Source of the DNA: Halarcobacter sp.
Lineage (GTDB): Bacteria; Campylobacterota; Campylobacteria; Campylobacterales; Arcobacteraceae
Direction of reading: 5' to 3'
NCBI GenBank assembly: GCA_048571215.1
Contig: CP182352.1
Coordinates: 1,632,001-1,696,000 of the forward strand
DNA: 64,000 nt
Position numbers and translations under genes: made by a program
In this document: one piece after another, positions 28,289 through 39,295 of the stretch
How the letters are laid out: each line of letters begins with the position of its first letter
Numbering within the stretch: position 1 is the first letter of the stretch
The notes under the pieces: model-generated
The model's database searches: none
Seen by the model: the letters and a program-made list of their open reading frames with translations, nothing else
Told to the model about the DNA's origin: nothing

Positions 28289-29623
28289 CTAAATAAAATA
28301 CTGCCAATAAACTAAAGCAATTATAGTTATTAAACTTATACCTAATATATTAAACACAAACCCATATTTAGCCATATCTTTTACCTTTACAACCTTGCTA
28401 CTCATGGCTATAGCATTTGGTGGAGTTGCTATTGGAAGCATAAAAGCATAGGAAGCACAGATTGTAGCTACGAACAATACTAAGGTTATATCCATATTTG
28501 CAGCTTTTCCTAGGGAATAAATAATAGGCAATGCTATAGATATCAAAGCTGTATTTGAAGTAATTTCTGTGGTAAAAGTTATCATAGTAGCTATTATTAG
28601 TATCATTACAAATACTGGTAAATGTGTCAAAGCAAGTAGATTTGAAGCTATCTCTTGGGCAAGTCCTGTTGAGGATACTGCATTTGCTATAGAGAAACCT
28701 GCACCAAATAAAAATATTATCTCATAAGGTATCTTTTTAGTATCTTCCCAAGTTAAAAAACCAAACTTTGGTATGAACATCAAAAGACCAAATCCTAGTA
28801 ATATCCCCTTTTCATTTAAGCCAAGTCCTGAATAATAAGGTTCTATTTTTGAATTAACTAATAATAAAATAATCAAACCAAGAAGAATATACAATAATCT
28901 TTTTTGCTCACTATTTAAAACCATAACATCACTAAAACCCTTTTCAAGTTTAAAATCTTTTACACCTATAGATAATATAAAAGGGATAATTATAAGCATA
29001 ACTAAAGCAAGGGGAGAGGTATATATAATCCAACTAATAAAAGGAATAGGCTCAATTGATTGCTGTTCTAAAAAACCTAATAAGATTAAGTTTGGAGGTG
29101 TTCCTATTGGAGTTACAATTCCACCAATACTAGAACCATATGCGATAGCCAATACAAACCTCATTTTTAGGTCATTATCACTAGTCAAAAACATTGCAAT
29201 AGGAATCAGCAATAAAGCAGTTGTTGTATTGGATAATAAAGAACTTAAAAAAGCTGATGTGACTGCTAAAGAAAATAAAACTCCCTTTGCAGTTTTAGGA
29301 AATATCGATAAAAGTTTTTTAGCTATATATTTATGTAGTTCAGTTTTTTGAGTAGCAACTGCTATCATAAAACCACCAAGAAATAAAAATATTATTGACT
29401 TTGAATAGTTTGCAACTGTTTCATTGGTACTTAATATATCAAAGGATGGGAAAATAATAATAGGAAGTAGTGAAACCACCCCTAATGGTAAAGCTTCATT
29501 TGTCCAAAGAACTACCAATAATATTATAATTGCTAAAAGTGTTGCATGTAGTGGAGTAAAAATAAAAGTTGCAAAAATGTATGTTGCAAAAGTTATTATA
29601 AAAGTAATAAGAATATTTTTCAT
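28289..29623 (-). CDS. SLC13/DASS family sodium:dicarboxylate or sulfate symporter
   Basis: LSNTTT, TPIGTPPN, TSNTA, FMLPIATPPNA. Confidence 0.92.
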   Translation of the reverse strand: MKNILITFIITFATYIFATFIFTPLHATLLAIIILLVVLWTNEALPLGVVSLLPIIIFPSFDILSTNETVANYSKSIIFLFLGGFMIAVATQKTELHKYIAKKLLSIFPKTAKGVLFSLAVTSAFLSSLLSNTTTALLLIPIAMFLTSDNDLKMRFVLAIAYGSSIGGIVTPIGTPPNLILLGFLEQQSIEPIPFISWIIYTSPLALVMLIIIPFILSIGVKDFKLEKGFSDVMVLNSEQKRLLYILLGLIILLLVNSKIEPYYSGLGLNEKGILLGFGLLMFIPKFGFLTWEDTKKIPYEIIFLFGAGFSIANAVSSTGLAQEIASNLLALTHLPVFVMILIIATMITFTTEITSNTALISIALPIIYSLGKAANMDITLVLFVATICASYAFMLPIATPPNAIAMSSKVVKVKDMAKYGFVFNILGISLITIIALVYWQYFI

Positions 29624-29716
29624 AAAAAACCTTTTTTGTTTTTAAACTTTAATAATAAATAAATAAACTTAAAATAAAGCTATTTTTATATAAAATTTTT
29701 AGATATATTATTAAAA

Positions 29717-29744
29717 TGATACTTAAGATTAACCTTAAGTATCA
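29717..29744 (-). terminator. Hairpin immediately after mog
   Basis: TGATACTTAAG-ATTAAC-CTTAAGTATCA. Confidence 0.55.
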
Positions 29745-30284
29745 CTATTTTTTCTTAGGTCTAAAAGCTTTAATAACCTTTTCATTTGTAACCATAAAAG
29801 GTCCTTCCATAAGGTCAATACAATAAGGTATTGCAGGAAAAACTGCATCTAAACACTCTCTTATTGATTTTGGTTTTCCTGGAAGATTTACTATTAAAGA
29901 GCTAGCTCTAAGTCCAGCTGTTTGTCTTGATAAAATTGCAGTTGGTACAAACTTTAAAGATTCAGCACGCATTAGTTCACCAAATCCTGGCATCATTCTA
30001 TCACATACCGCTTCTGTTGCTTCTGGGGTTACATCTCTTGCTGCAGGTCCCGTTCCACCAGTAGTTACTACTAAACAACACCCTTGATTATCAACTAAAT
30101 CTTTTAGGGTATCTTCTATTGTTTGTTGATCATCTTCAATACATCTATATACACTTTCCCAAGGAGAAGTTAAATATTCATTCATAGTATCAATTATTGC
30201 TTTTCCTGACAAATCATCATATATACCTTGACTAGCTCTATCTGAGGCTGTTACTATTCCTATTTTTGCTATTTTTTCACTCAT
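29745..30284 (-). CDS. mog: Molybdopterin adenylyltransferase
   Basis: SDRAS, TTGGTGPAARDVTPEAT, NLPGKPKSI. Confidence 0.95.
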   Translation of the reverse strand: MSEKIAKIGIVTASDRASQGIYDDLSGKAIIDTMNEYLTSPWESVYRCIEDDQQTIEDTLKDLVDNQGCCLVVTTGGTGPAARDVTPEATEAVCDRMMPGFGELMRAESLKFVPTAILSRQTAGLRASSLIVNLPGKPKSIRECLDAVFPAIPYCIDLMEGPFMVTNEKVIKAFRPKKK

Positions 30285-30793
30285 AATATATGTCCTTTCT
30301 CTTTTATATAATAAACTATTGCAAACTCTTTAAAAAAATCACTTGCCAAACTTGTATCAAATATCTTATCTTTTGCCCCAAAATAAACTTCAAGTTTAAT
30401 ACCTTTGTTTAATAACTCTTGCAATCTCTTTTTATCCCAAGTATAATTTAAAAGCTCTTCTAACTCTTCATAAGTACCTTGATTAAAATATTTTTTCATA
30501 TTTTTATTTGAAGGGTAAGTGATATTTTCCAAAAAATTCTCACAATAAGCTTTAGAATCTTTTTTAAAAAACATCAATTGCATTCTTTTAAATTTTTTAT
30601 CTGTAGTTTGGAAAAAAGCAGGAGAAAAAAGTTGCAAGGTATCAACTCTATTTGTTGTGTTTAAAGCATACTCAAAAGCTTTTATAGCACCATAAGAAAA
30701 GCCACAAACTGTGAAGTTATTATCTTCAATATACTCTTCAAACAGTTCTTTTTCTTTATCTAAACAAAAACCTGAAAAAAACTTAGATATCAT
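30281..30793 (-). CDS. bioV: Pimeloyl-ACP methyl ester esterase BioV
   Basis: FFSGFC, GFSYGA nucleophile elbow, LFSPAFF, C-terminal GHIL; Campylobacterota gene context. Confidence 0.8.
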   Translation of the reverse strand: MISKFFSGFCLDKEKELFEEYIEDNNFTVCGFSYGAIKAFEYALNTTNRVDTLQLFSPAFFQTTDKKFKRMQLMFFKKDSKAYCENFLENITYPSNKNMKKYFNQGTYEELEELLNYTWDKKRLQELLNKGIKLEVYFGAKDKIFDTSLASDFFKEFAIVYYIKEKGHIL

Positions 30794-32249
30794 CTACTGT
30801 AATAACCTCATTTTTAATCATAATCTCTTTTAGTCGTCTTATCTCTGTATCTTTATTTGATAGATTAGTTCTAAGTTCATTTGATAGTTTTTCTATTAAT
30901 TCAGCAGAATCTTTTCCCATCTTATACTCTTGTACTATTTTATTTGCCAATTCATAGGCTTTATTTAAATCTTGGGAATTTATTGCATACTTTTGTTTTT
31001 TTACCACTTCAACGCCAATACTACCAGATAAATATCTTTTTATATTTTCTAAAAGTTCCTCATATGATGGATAAATACTATCAATCGTATTTACACCCTC
31101 ATCAAAAAGTCTAACTTTAGATTTTGTAACATAAGCTTTACTAGCTTGATATATAGATAAAATCTCTTTTTGGGAATCATCTAAAAGTAAAGCTTGTTTT
31201 TTCCCAAACTCTAACTTATTTTTAGCTAACTCAATATCTTCAAGCTTAACAAGCTTATCTTCTCTTTTTATCATATTTAACAAGGCTTCATTTATAAGTG
31301 TAGAAAGTGCCGCTGAACTAAAACCAGAAGTTTCATGAGCTAACTTATCTAAATCAAACTCATAGTGTTTTGATTTTAAATAAAGTTCTAAAATCTTTTT
31401 TCTATCTTCAATATTTGGAAGATTTATAAATACTCTTCTATCAAACCTACCAGCTCTTAATAAAGCTTCGTCTAAAACATCAATTTTATTTGTAGCAGCT
31501 ATTACGATAACTCCAGAATCACCTTCAAAACCATCCATTTGAGTTAGAAGTTCATTTAAAGTTGATTCCCTTTCATCATTTGATTTGCCACCTCTTTTTT
31601 TACCTATGGCATCTATCTCATCTATAAAAACAATAGCTGGAGCATTTTGTTTTGCTTTCATAAATAGTTCACGAACTTTTTTTGCCCCCATACCAACATA
31701 AATTTGAACAAAACTTGCACCACTTTGATAAAAAAATGGAACATCCGCTTCCCCTGCAACTGCTCTTGCTATTAGCGTTTTACCAACACCTGGAGGTCCT
31801 ACTAAAAGAACACCTTTTGGAAGTTTTACCCCATGTTGTAAAAATTTGCTTGGTTCATTTAAAAAGTCAACTATCTCTTCAAGTTCACTTTTTACTTCAC
31901 TAATACCTGCCACATCATCAAAGGTGATATTAGAACTAACAGCAGTTATATTTGATGTATTTTCATCTTTTATCTTCTCTTGTACAGTTTCAAGTTGTGT
32001 AGAAAAAGTTGTTTTAGATCCCGTCGCTTTATCTAAAAACTTTCGTATATTTTTTTGTTTATATTTAGCAAATATTGCAAAGGCAATTAAAAATAGTAAA
32101 AATATTATCCCAAAATAGTATGAGTCTGTTTTTAAGTGTTCACCACTTTTATATAAGGTATATACAAAAAGTACCACCAATATAATTGCTGACATCCCCA
32201 TCAACTTGATATTTTTATCTAATATTTTTTTATTTGAATTTTGCGACAT
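30783..32249 (-). CDS. FtsH-like membrane AAA ATPase lacking the HExxH protease motif
   Basis: Two TMs; GPPGVGKT, FIDEIDAIG, ALLRAGRFDR; IYQASKA at the expected HExxH position. Confidence 0.85.
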   Translation of the reverse strand: MSQNSNKKILDKNIKLMGMSAIILVVLFVYTLYKSGEHLKTDSYYFGIIFLLFLIAFAIFAKYKQKNIRKFLDKATGSKTTFSTQLETVQEKIKDENTSNITAVSSNITFDDVAGISEVKSELEEIVDFLNEPSKFLQHGVKLPKGVLLVGPPGVGKTLIARAVAGEADVPFFYQSGASFVQIYVGMGAKKVRELFMKAKQNAPAIVFIDEIDAIGKKRGGKSNDERESTLNELLTQMDGFEGDSGVIVIAATNKIDVLDEALLRAGRFDRRVFINLPNIEDRKKILELYLKSKHYEFDLDKLAHETSGFSSAALSTLINEALLNMIKREDKLVKLEDIELAKNKLEFGKKQALLLDDSQKEILSIYQASKAYVTKSKVRLFDEGVNTIDSIYPSYEELLENIKRYLSGSIGVEVVKKQKYAINSQDLNKAYELANKIVQEYKMGKDSAELIEKLSNELRTNLSNKDTEIRRLKEIMIKNEVITVDDI

Positions 32250-33498
32250 TTTTTTCTATTCCTGCTTCATATTTTTCTAGAAAGATCCAATCTCCAACTA
32301 AATCAACCTCACTTTCAACCTCTATTTGATTGAAAAATTGATCCAAACCTATATATTTCCCATTTTTCTTTGACTCTATTAAAACCTCTAAAGGTTTTGT
32401 ATTGTTTTTTCTAAACTTATAGTTTTTCTCTTCTATTATTTTTGTAAGTTCATTATATCTAATTTTGGCAAGATCCCCACGAACCATATTTTTCATAACA
32501 GCACTTGGTGTTCCATCTCTTTTTGAGTATGTAAAAGCATGGACATGAGTCAAAGGAAATCTATGTAAATTCTCCATCGCTTCACTCCATAACTCGTCAG
32601 TTTCACCTGGATGCCCAACTATAAAATCTGTTCCTAAAGCATAACCATTTTCACTTAAAAATTCAAAAAGTTCTAAATCACTTAGTACTTTATTTCTTCT
32701 ATTCATTATCTCTAACATTTTTTTAGAAGTGTGTTGTAGTGCTATATGAAGATGTTTTGCCATAAAAGGCTCATTGATAATCTCTTTAAACTCATCATCA
32801 ATCTGAATAGGTTCAACACTTCCAAGTCTTACCCTTCTAACCCCTTTTATCATTGAGATTTTTTTCAAAAGTTTTGCTAAAGAGGTGTGTTGTTTTTTTC
32901 CATAACTTCCCACATTTGTACCAGTTAAAATAAACTCTCCAAAGCCATTTGATGCTAAAGTGGTGATTTGTTCTAAGATTTTATCTTCTTTATAACTTCT
33001 TGCATCACCTCTTACATAAGGGATAATACAATATGAACATCTAAAGTCACACCCCTCTTGGATTTTGATAAATGCCCTACTCTTACCTATAAACTCTTCA
33101 ACAATAGTATCATCTATATGTTCTAAATCTCCCGCATCGAAAAATCTTTCTTGATTTTGTAAAAGTTCATTTATCTTCTCTTTTTGTGAATGTCCAAAAA
33201 GGGAGTCAACTTTTTTATCATTGAAAAGGGTTTCCCCTTTTGTCCAAACTCCACACCCTGTAAATACAACTCTTGGAGGTTTTTCAAATTTATTTAAAGA
33301 GTTTATATAACCTCTAGCTGTACTATCTGCACTATTTGTTACAGTACATGAGTTTATTACAACTATATCAGCCTCTTTTTCATTTTGAGTAACTTCAAAA
33401 TCTTTTAAATTGCTCATCATAACTTGTGTGTCAAAAACATTTGTTCTACACCCAAAAGTTTTGAAAAATACTTTTTGTTTATTTGTTGAAAAATTCAC
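32230..33498 (-). CDS. mtaB: tRNA t6A methylthiotransferase MtaB
   Basis: TFGCRTN, INSCTVT, KIQEGCDFRCSYC. Confidence 0.92.
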   Translation of the reverse strand: MNFSTNKQKVFFKTFGCRTNVFDTQVMMSNLKDFEVTQNEKEADIVVINSCTVTNSADSTARGYINSLNKFEKPPRVVFTGCGVWTKGETLFNDKKVDSLFGHSQKEKINELLQNQERFFDAGDLEHIDDTIVEEFIGKSRAFIKIQEGCDFRCSYCIIPYVRGDARSYKEDKILEQITTLASNGFGEFILTGTNVGSYGKKQHTSLAKLLKKISMIKGVRRVRLGSVEPIQIDDEFKEIINEPFMAKHLHIALQHTSKKMLEIMNRRNKVLSDLELFEFLSENGYALGTDFIVGHPGETDELWSEAMENLHRFPLTHVHAFTYSKRDGTPSAVMKNMVRGDLAKIRYNELTKIIEEKNYKFRKNNTKPLEVLIESKKNGKYIGLDQFFNQIEVESEVDLVGDWIFLEKYEAGIEKNVAKFK

Positions 33499-33516
33499 TA
33501 AATCTAATCCCTTGAT

Positions 33517-35220
33517 TTATCTTTTTATAATCTCATCTTCTAAATCTTTTGGCACTTTTTTTCTTGATGCACCATAATGATTATCTGTTTGGTTGATATT
33601 AATTTGTTGCGTAGGATATGCAATGGTAATATCATCCTCTTTCATAAATGCCTCTAAAATTTCTGGTGACATTGTACTTCTTAATACAAGTGCAGAATAA
33701 GAGTTTGTAAGGTACCAAGCTGAGATAACTATACCATGAGACTCAACAAAAGTATATACTCTTGGTTCTACCCCTGTTGCTCTTAATTGATATTTACTTC
33801 TCATCTTTGATAATTGTTTTCTTGTAATATCTGTATAACCCTTTGAATAATGTTTTAATATCTCTTTTGCAATATGTTGAGCTTTTTTATAGTTTGAATC
33901 ATAAGTAATAACAATATCAATCCCATCCCAAACAGTTCTAAGTCCCGAGTGCGTATAGTTTGCAATCATTTCAGAAAACACATAATTGTTTGGTATAAAA
34001 AAGATTCGTCCGGTTCTTCTATTTACATTATAAGAAGTAAGAGTAATATCTTCTCTAATTGTTATTTTAAACAATGAGATATCTAAAACATCCCCAACAA
34101 CTTGTTGACCATCCCTTGTAACTTTTATTCTGTCTCCCACATGGATTGAACCAGAAGTTACAATAACCATCCAACCAAAAATAGACATAAACCAATCTTT
34201 TAAAGCAATAGCAATACCAGCTGAAGCAAACCCTAGGATTGTTACCACATAAGATACATTGTCTATATATGAAAATAACATTATCATCACTATTATAAAA
34301 ACAACTAAAAAGTTAATAACCTTGTTTGTCATATAGTAGTTTTCATTTTGAGAGAAATACTTTTTAAGTGTCATTTTGATTAAGAATGCGATTAAAAATA
34401 GCACTAATACAATCAAAAAGATATTAAATATTTTTTCAACTTGATTTGAGATTTGAGATTTTGTTTCTAAGATAACTTGTTCTATTTTTCTGGTATATAC
34501 CTCTTCTGTTGTTGATACAATCTCCATAACCATATTGAAATCTTTTTTCTCTTTATCTAAGAAATTTATTACTTCTTTGTATTCTGGTTTTGGGTCTAAA
34601 TTATAAAGTTCAGAATAGGCATAAAGTTTTTCATCTAAAAGATTAACTAAATCATGAATACTCTTCTCAACCTGAACAAAAGTTTTTTTATTTGTTTCTA
34701 ATTTTTTTATATAAGATAGAGCATTTATTATCCCAAAAGGGTTAGATATTGATTCATACTTTTCAATCTCTGGAGGATTGATTAAACTTCCTATTGGTGA
34801 ACCTTTATACTCAGAAATAAGTTCCAACTCGTTTTCTTTAATTCTTATTTTATTATTTAGGTGATAAATCTGTTCTTCTGTTTTATTTGATTTTCTTTTT
34901 AGACTTTTTTTCATATCTACTAACTCATTAGAAAGGGTTCTATAAGCATCATAGTTACTGTATCTTTTTAATAAAATATTATCTTTTAATTTTGACTCAA
35001 TACCTTCAATTCTTTTTTTCAAATCACTAATTTGAGTCTCTTTTTCTATTCTTTTTTGCTCTTCAAGTCTTTGTTTTTCTAGTTCAGCTTCTTTTTCTTT
35101 TTCAATTTTTTCTATATCTTCTATATTATTTGCTACTATTGAAGAGGAGCTATTCTCTTGAGCAAAAGAGATATTTAAAAGTATAAATAAAACCAATAAT
35201 ATTTTAAAATAGCTTTTCAA
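33517..35220 (-). CDS. MscS-family channel with a large N-terminal periplasmic domain
   Basis: GFASAGIAIALKD, IHVGDRI, FIPNN, IAYPTQ. Confidence 0.88.
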   Translation of the reverse strand: MKSYFKILLVLFILLNISFAQENSSSSIVANNIEDIEKIEKEKEAELEKQRLEEQKRIEKETQISDLKKRIEGIESKLKDNILLKRYSNYDAYRTLSNELVDMKKSLKRKSNKTEEQIYHLNNKIRIKENELELISEYKGSPIGSLINPPEIEKYESISNPFGIINALSYIKKLETNKKTFVQVEKSIHDLVNLLDEKLYAYSELYNLDPKPEYKEVINFLDKEKKDFNMVMEIVSTTEEVYTRKIEQVILETKSQISNQVEKIFNIFLIVLVLFLIAFLIKMTLKKYFSQNENYYMTNKVINFLVVFIIVMIMLFSYIDNVSYVVTILGFASAGIAIALKDWFMSIFGWMVIVTSGSIHVGDRIKVTRDGQQVVGDVLDISLFKITIREDITLTSYNVNRRTGRIFFIPNNYVFSEMIANYTHSGLRTVWDGIDIVITYDSNYKKAQHIAKEILKHYSKGYTDITRKQLSKMRSKYQLRATGVEPRVYTFVESHGIVISAWYLTNSYSALVLRSTMSPEILEAFMKEDDITIAYPTQQININQTDNHYGASRKKVPKDLEDEIIKR

Positions 35221-35221
35221 A

Positions 35222-36256
35222 TCAAAAACCTTTTAAAATAGTCATAACATCAGCTTTATCTATTTTATCTGTAATTTCACAATCACCCAAACCTTTTGGT
35301 AATATAAACTTGATTTTATTGTCCAATGATTTTTTATCTAAAAAGAAGTGTTCATAAAAATCTTCCACATCTTTTATTTTATACTCAGTTGGTATATCAT
35401 ATTTTTCTAAAAGTTTTTTTACCCTTAGGGCTTCATCTTCTGTCATATTTCCAAGTTTAACAGCTAAAGCATTTGCCATAACCATACCAATTCCTACTGC
35501 TTCACCATGTAAATAGGTATTATAGTTTGTTTCATTTTCTATAACATGTCCAAAGGTATGTCCATAATTTAAAGCAGCTCTTAATCCTTTTTCTTTTTCA
35601 TCTTGTGACACAACCCATGCTTTTGTTTCAACAGATTTTGCAATAGCTGTTTTTATATTCTCTTCATTTGTTAAATCATTTTGTTCTAACCATTGGAAAA
35701 ACTCTTTATTAAAAGTAACTGCCATTTTAACTATCTCGGCAACTCCTGCACCAAACTCCCTTTGGGGAAGTGTAGTTAAAAAGAAAGGGTCTATATAAAC
35801 TGCTACTGGTTGATGAAAAGCTCCAATTAGATTTTTACCAAATTTATTATTGATCCCTGTCTTACCCCCAACACTTGCATCAACTTGTGACAACAAAGTA
35901 GTTGGTATTTGAACAAAGTCAATTCCTCTTTGATAAATAGAAGCAGCAAAACCAGTCATATCTCCTATTACTCCACCACCAAATGCAATAAGTAATGATT
36001 TTCTATCAAGTCTATGCTCAAAACAGTGTTCAAGTATAAACTCTATTGTTTCCATTTTTTTATACTCTTCCCCATCTGGAATAGTTACAACACTAAGCTC
36101 TTTTGCACTAAGTTTCTCATTTAAATACACTAAATGGCAAGCACTTACTGTTGGGTTTGTTACTACTACAACTTTAGTATCAAAATACATATCTTTTAAT
36201 TTATCAATAGTAATATCATAGGTGGTATTATCGGGTAAGGTAATATTTACAATCAT
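35222..36256 (-). CDS. aroB: 3-dehydroquinate synthase
   Basis: GGGVIGDMTGF, PTTLLSQVDASVGGKTG, LNYGHTFGH, LHGEAV. Confidence 0.97.
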   Translation of the reverse strand: MIVNITLPDNTTYDITIDKLKDMYFDTKVVVVTNPTVSACHLVYLNEKLSAKELSVVTIPDGEEYKKMETIEFILEHCFEHRLDRKSLLIAFGGGVIGDMTGFAASIYQRGIDFVQIPTTLLSQVDASVGGKTGINNKFGKNLIGAFHQPVAVYIDPFFLTTLPQREFGAGVAEIVKMAVTFNKEFFQWLEQNDLTNEENIKTAIAKSVETKAWVVSQDEKEKGLRAALNYGHTFGHVIENETNYNTYLHGEAVGIGMVMANALAVKLGNMTEDEALRVKKLLEKYDIPTEYKIKDVEDFYEHFFLDKKSLDNKIKFILPKGLGDCEITDKIDKADVMTILKGF

Positions 36257-36543
36257 TAAAAATCCATTTTTATATTTTCTTGGATTTTATCTTAAATCAC
36301 TTAAAAATGTGTTGAATTATGGGAGTTTACAAGCTAATTTAAATAATAAGATTTCACAATTTATTTAAATTAATTATAGTGATTTAAATAAATAAACTTT
36401 TATAAAATGTTACCTTTTAACTAGAAAAAGTGTTTTTTCTACATATTTATAAATAAATTTTATAAAATTTATCAAAAAAACATATATTTACATTTTATGT
36501 ACATTTCATTTGTATATACTACTTTTAACGAAAAGGAGCAAAA

Positions 36544-37026
36544 ATGGAATTTGAAACAGCAGATTTATGTGATGATAATCAAAATAAAAATCTACAGGTG
36601 CTTTCCTCTGAATTTAAAAACTATGGGGGTTTGCAAAAGTGTTATGGACAAATTGTAACTATTAAACTTGATAAAAGTAATTGGAGATTACTTGAACTAT
36701 TAAGAGATGAAAATGGGGAAGGTAAAATTGTAGTCGTAGATAATGCACAATTTTTTTATGGTGTTGTTGGGGACAAATTAATGGCATACGCTAAAAAAAA
36801 TAATTGGGCAGGAATAATCATAAATGGATATGTTAGAGATACTGCATATACAAAAGATATTGATGTTGCATTATATGCAATAGGTACTTGTCCTTTAAGA
36901 AATTTTGAAAAAACAAACTCATCTATGGGGGATCAACTTAGCTTTGGTGGAGTAACTTTCAATAATGGTGATTATGTGTATGCTGATTGCGATGGCGTAG
37001 TTATAAGTAAAGAAAAGCTTATATAA
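36544..37026 (+). CDS. RraA family / 4-hydroxy-4-methyl-2-oxoglutarate aldolase-like protein
   Basis: TADLCD, VVGDKL, GYVRD, GDYVYADCDGV. Confidence 0.88.
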   Translation: MEFETADLCDDNQNKNLQVLSSEFKNYGGLQKCYGQIVTIKLDKSNWRLLELLRDENGEGKIVVVDNAQFFYGVVGDKLMAYAKKNNWAGIIINGYVRDTAYTKDIDVALYAIGTCPLRNFEKTNSSMGDQLSFGGVTFNNGDYVYADCDGVVISKEKLI

Positions 37027-37098
37027 AATATGAAAATTGATGTATTTTCAATTGTCATAATATTATCTATTTTGATATTTTATTCAATTGCATATAAC

Positions 37099-37125
37099 TA
37101 AAAGAGAAGATTAACTTCTCTTTTA
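37099..37125. terminator. Probable bidirectional terminator
   Basis: TAAAAGAGAAG-ATTAA-CTTCTCTTTTA. Confidence 0.65.
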
Positions 37126-37761
37126 TAATTCAGAATTTATTAAATCTTCTAAACTTTTAACACTAAAGGTTTCTAGTGGTTTTCCATTTACATAATAGCT
37201 TGGTGTTTTTGTAATATTTAACTTCTCTGTATCTTTCAAATCTTGAATTATGATTTTATCACCATCATCTTTATTCATAAATTCAGCCATTTTATCCATA
37301 TCCAAATCGATATTAGCTAATAGAGAATACAAAATTTGAGGGTTTACTACATGATTTACAACCCATGAACCTTGTGTTTTATACATATACTCCAATGCCT
37401 CTAAAAATTTACCTTGTTGTCTTGCCCCTTCTAACATTTTTACTGCATAGTTGGAATTTTTATGAAAAGGTGCATATCTAAAAACAAGTTTTATTTTGCC
37501 TTTATTTTTTTCCATAATCTGTTTAACATATGGATGAAAATAAGCACAACTACCACAAGCTGGGTCAAAAAACTCTACTAACTCAACTTTTGCATCTTTA
37601 TTACCTAAAACATAAGAATAGTCTCTTTTTAAATTTTGCATATTTTGTTTTGCAATTTGTGTTTGTTCACTACTTTTACTACTTTTATAAAAATAAGTAG
37701 CAGCTACAAAAATAGCTATTAAAATAGCTACTGATGAAAGTATTAATTTACTGTTTTTCAT
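37123..37761 (-). CDS. DsbA-family thiol:disulfide oxidoreductase
   Basis: EFFDPACGSC, RYAPFH, TPSYYVNG. Confidence 0.9.
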   Translation of the reverse strand: MKNSKLILSSVAILIAIFVAATYFYKSSKSSEQTQIAKQNMQNLKRDYSYVLGNKDAKVELVEFFDPACGSCAYFHPYVKQIMEKNKGKIKLVFRYAPFHKNSNYAVKMLEGARQQGKFLEALEYMYKTQGSWVVNHVVNPQILYSLLANIDLDMDKMAEFMNKDDGDKIIIQDLKDTEKLNITKTPSYYVNGKPLETFSVKSLEDLINSEL

Positions 37762-37886
37762 TATCTCTCCAAAAAAAATTATTTTAATATAATAACAAAA
37801 CTATGTGTAGTTTATATGTAATATCTTCACTTTAATGTAATTTTAATATGATATAATCTTTTTTTTTACTAAACAAGGACTTTCAT

Positions 37887-38702
37887 ATGGAAGAAACAAT
37901 CTACCTATATCCAATAGATTGGGACAAAGCTTATTCTATTCGTCATGAAAAAATAGATAATGAACATAAAAGAATATTTCAATTAACCTCTGAAATACAA
38001 AAATATAAAAATGATATAAGTAAAATACAAAAGATTATAAAAGAATTGATTTTATATACAAGAAGTCACTTTTTAAATGAAGAAAATTATATGAGATCTA
38101 TAGATTATGAGCGTTTTGATGAACATAAAATTGAACATAAAAAACTTGTAAGAGAGTTAGGTACAATAATAAAAAACATCACAAGTGAGTCTATAGAAAA
38201 TATAGCCGTTGACATAAATAAATTTATCAATACTAAAATACTAAAACATATACTTATAGATGATAAAAAATTTCATCACTTTAGAAAAGATAGAGATGAA
38301 TTAAAAAATAGTTTTAAATGGAACTCTACTTATAAAATATATGATGATATAATAGATAAAGAGCATAAGGAGCTTTTTGAAATAGCTAGCGATGCCTTAG
38401 ATTATAATAATACTGATATAAAATCCCATATAAAAATTACAATTGGAAAACTTTACAAATATATGCAAACACATTTTGAACATGAAGAGGAGTTTATGAA
38501 AACAATAAACTATCCACTTTTAAAAGAGCATATAAAACTTCACAAAAATATAATATCCCAAATGAATGATTTTATAAAAACTCTAGCAGATATGAAGATT
38601 ACTGATTTTGAAAGAAAACTTTTAGAATATATGGATATTTGGCTTATAAGTCATATTTTATTTGAAGATAGAAAAATCATATATTTTCTAAAAAGTAAAT
38701 AA
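37887..38702 (+). CDS. Tandem (two-domain) bacteriohemerythrin
   Basis: Two repeats of ID.EH / HF..EE / H...H / HI...D. Confidence 0.9.
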   Translation: MEETIYLYPIDWDKAYSIRHEKIDNEHKRIFQLTSEIQKYKNDISKIQKIIKELILYTRSHFLNEENYMRSIDYERFDEHKIEHKKLVRELGTIIKNITSESIENIAVDINKFINTKILKHILIDDKKFHHFRKDRDELKNSFKWNSTYKIYDDIIDKEHKELFEIASDALDYNNTDIKSHIKITIGKLYKYMQTHFEHEEEFMKTINYPLLKEHIKLHKNIISQMNDFIKTLADMKITDFERKLLEYMDIWLISHILFEDRKIIYFLKSK

Positions 38703-38721
38703 AATTTCAAATTTTGTTTTA

Positions 38722-38743
38722 AAAGGTAACAGCTTTTACCTTT
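38722..38743 (+). terminator. Hairpin after the hemerythrin gene
   Basis: AAAGGTAA-CAGCTT-TTACCTTT. Confidence 0.5.
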
Positions 38744-38798
38744 GTCTAATCTTTTTTAGATATTGTATAACATTAAACTAAAAAAAGGAGATGTCAAT

Positions 38799-39218
38799 AT
38801 GGCTATAGATAAAGAACAAGTTGTAAGCATGATGTATGAATTAAAAATAGATGGAGAGGTAGTTGATAGTAATATTGGCAAAGAACCCTTAGAGTTTACT
38901 TTTGGTACAGGACAAATTATACCAGGATTAGAAAATAGAATCTCAGAACTAAATGAAGGTGAATCTTTAGAGTGTACAGTTCCTGCACAAGAAGCTTATG
39001 GAGAATATAATCCAGAAGCAAAACAACTTGTACCTAAAGAACAATTTGGTGATTTAGAGCTTAAAGTTGGTATGCCTTTACAAGGTCAAGGTGAAGGTGG
39101 ACAACCTATTCAAGTTGTAGTTACAGCAATTACTGATGAAGGTGTTGAAGTTGATTTCAATCACCCATTAGCTGGAAAAGATCTAGACTTTTCAGTAACT
39201 ATAAATACAATTTTATAA
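38799..39218 (+). CDS. slyD: FKBP-type peptidyl-prolyl isomerase SlyD, short form without the His-rich tail
   Basis: GQIIPGLE, AYGEY, VDFNHPLAGKDLDF. Start at ATG 38799 behind AAGGAG. Confidence 0.9.
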   Translation: MAIDKEQVVSMMYELKIDGEVVDSNIGKEPLEFTFGTGQIIPGLENRISELNEGESLECTVPAQEAYGEYNPEAKQLVPKEQFGDLELKVGMPLQGQGEGGQPIQVVVTAITDEGVEVDFNHPLAGKDLDFSVTINTIL

Positions 39219-39222
39219 TAAC

Positions 39223-39248
39223 AAAATTGCCACACTTGTGGCAATTTT
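39223..39248 (+). terminator. Intrinsic terminator after slyD
   Basis: AAAATTGCCAC-ACTT-GTGGCAATTTT. Confidence 0.75.
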
Positions 39249-39295
39249 AGCTATAATACCCAAAAATTTAAAACAAACTATACAATCTATAATAA

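Noticed and set aside
30783..32249. FtsH homolog without HExxH as a novelty or pseudogene
   Set aside because: The frame is intact and sits in the aroB-mscS-mtaB-bioV-mog block, which I recall as a common Campylobacterota arrangement.
36256..36543. Riboswitch or sRNA in the aroB-rraA spacer, and likewise in 10833-11287
   Set aside because: Almost pure A/T, with no stable stems or aptamer motifs that I could recognise. A covariance-model search would be needed to exclude one.
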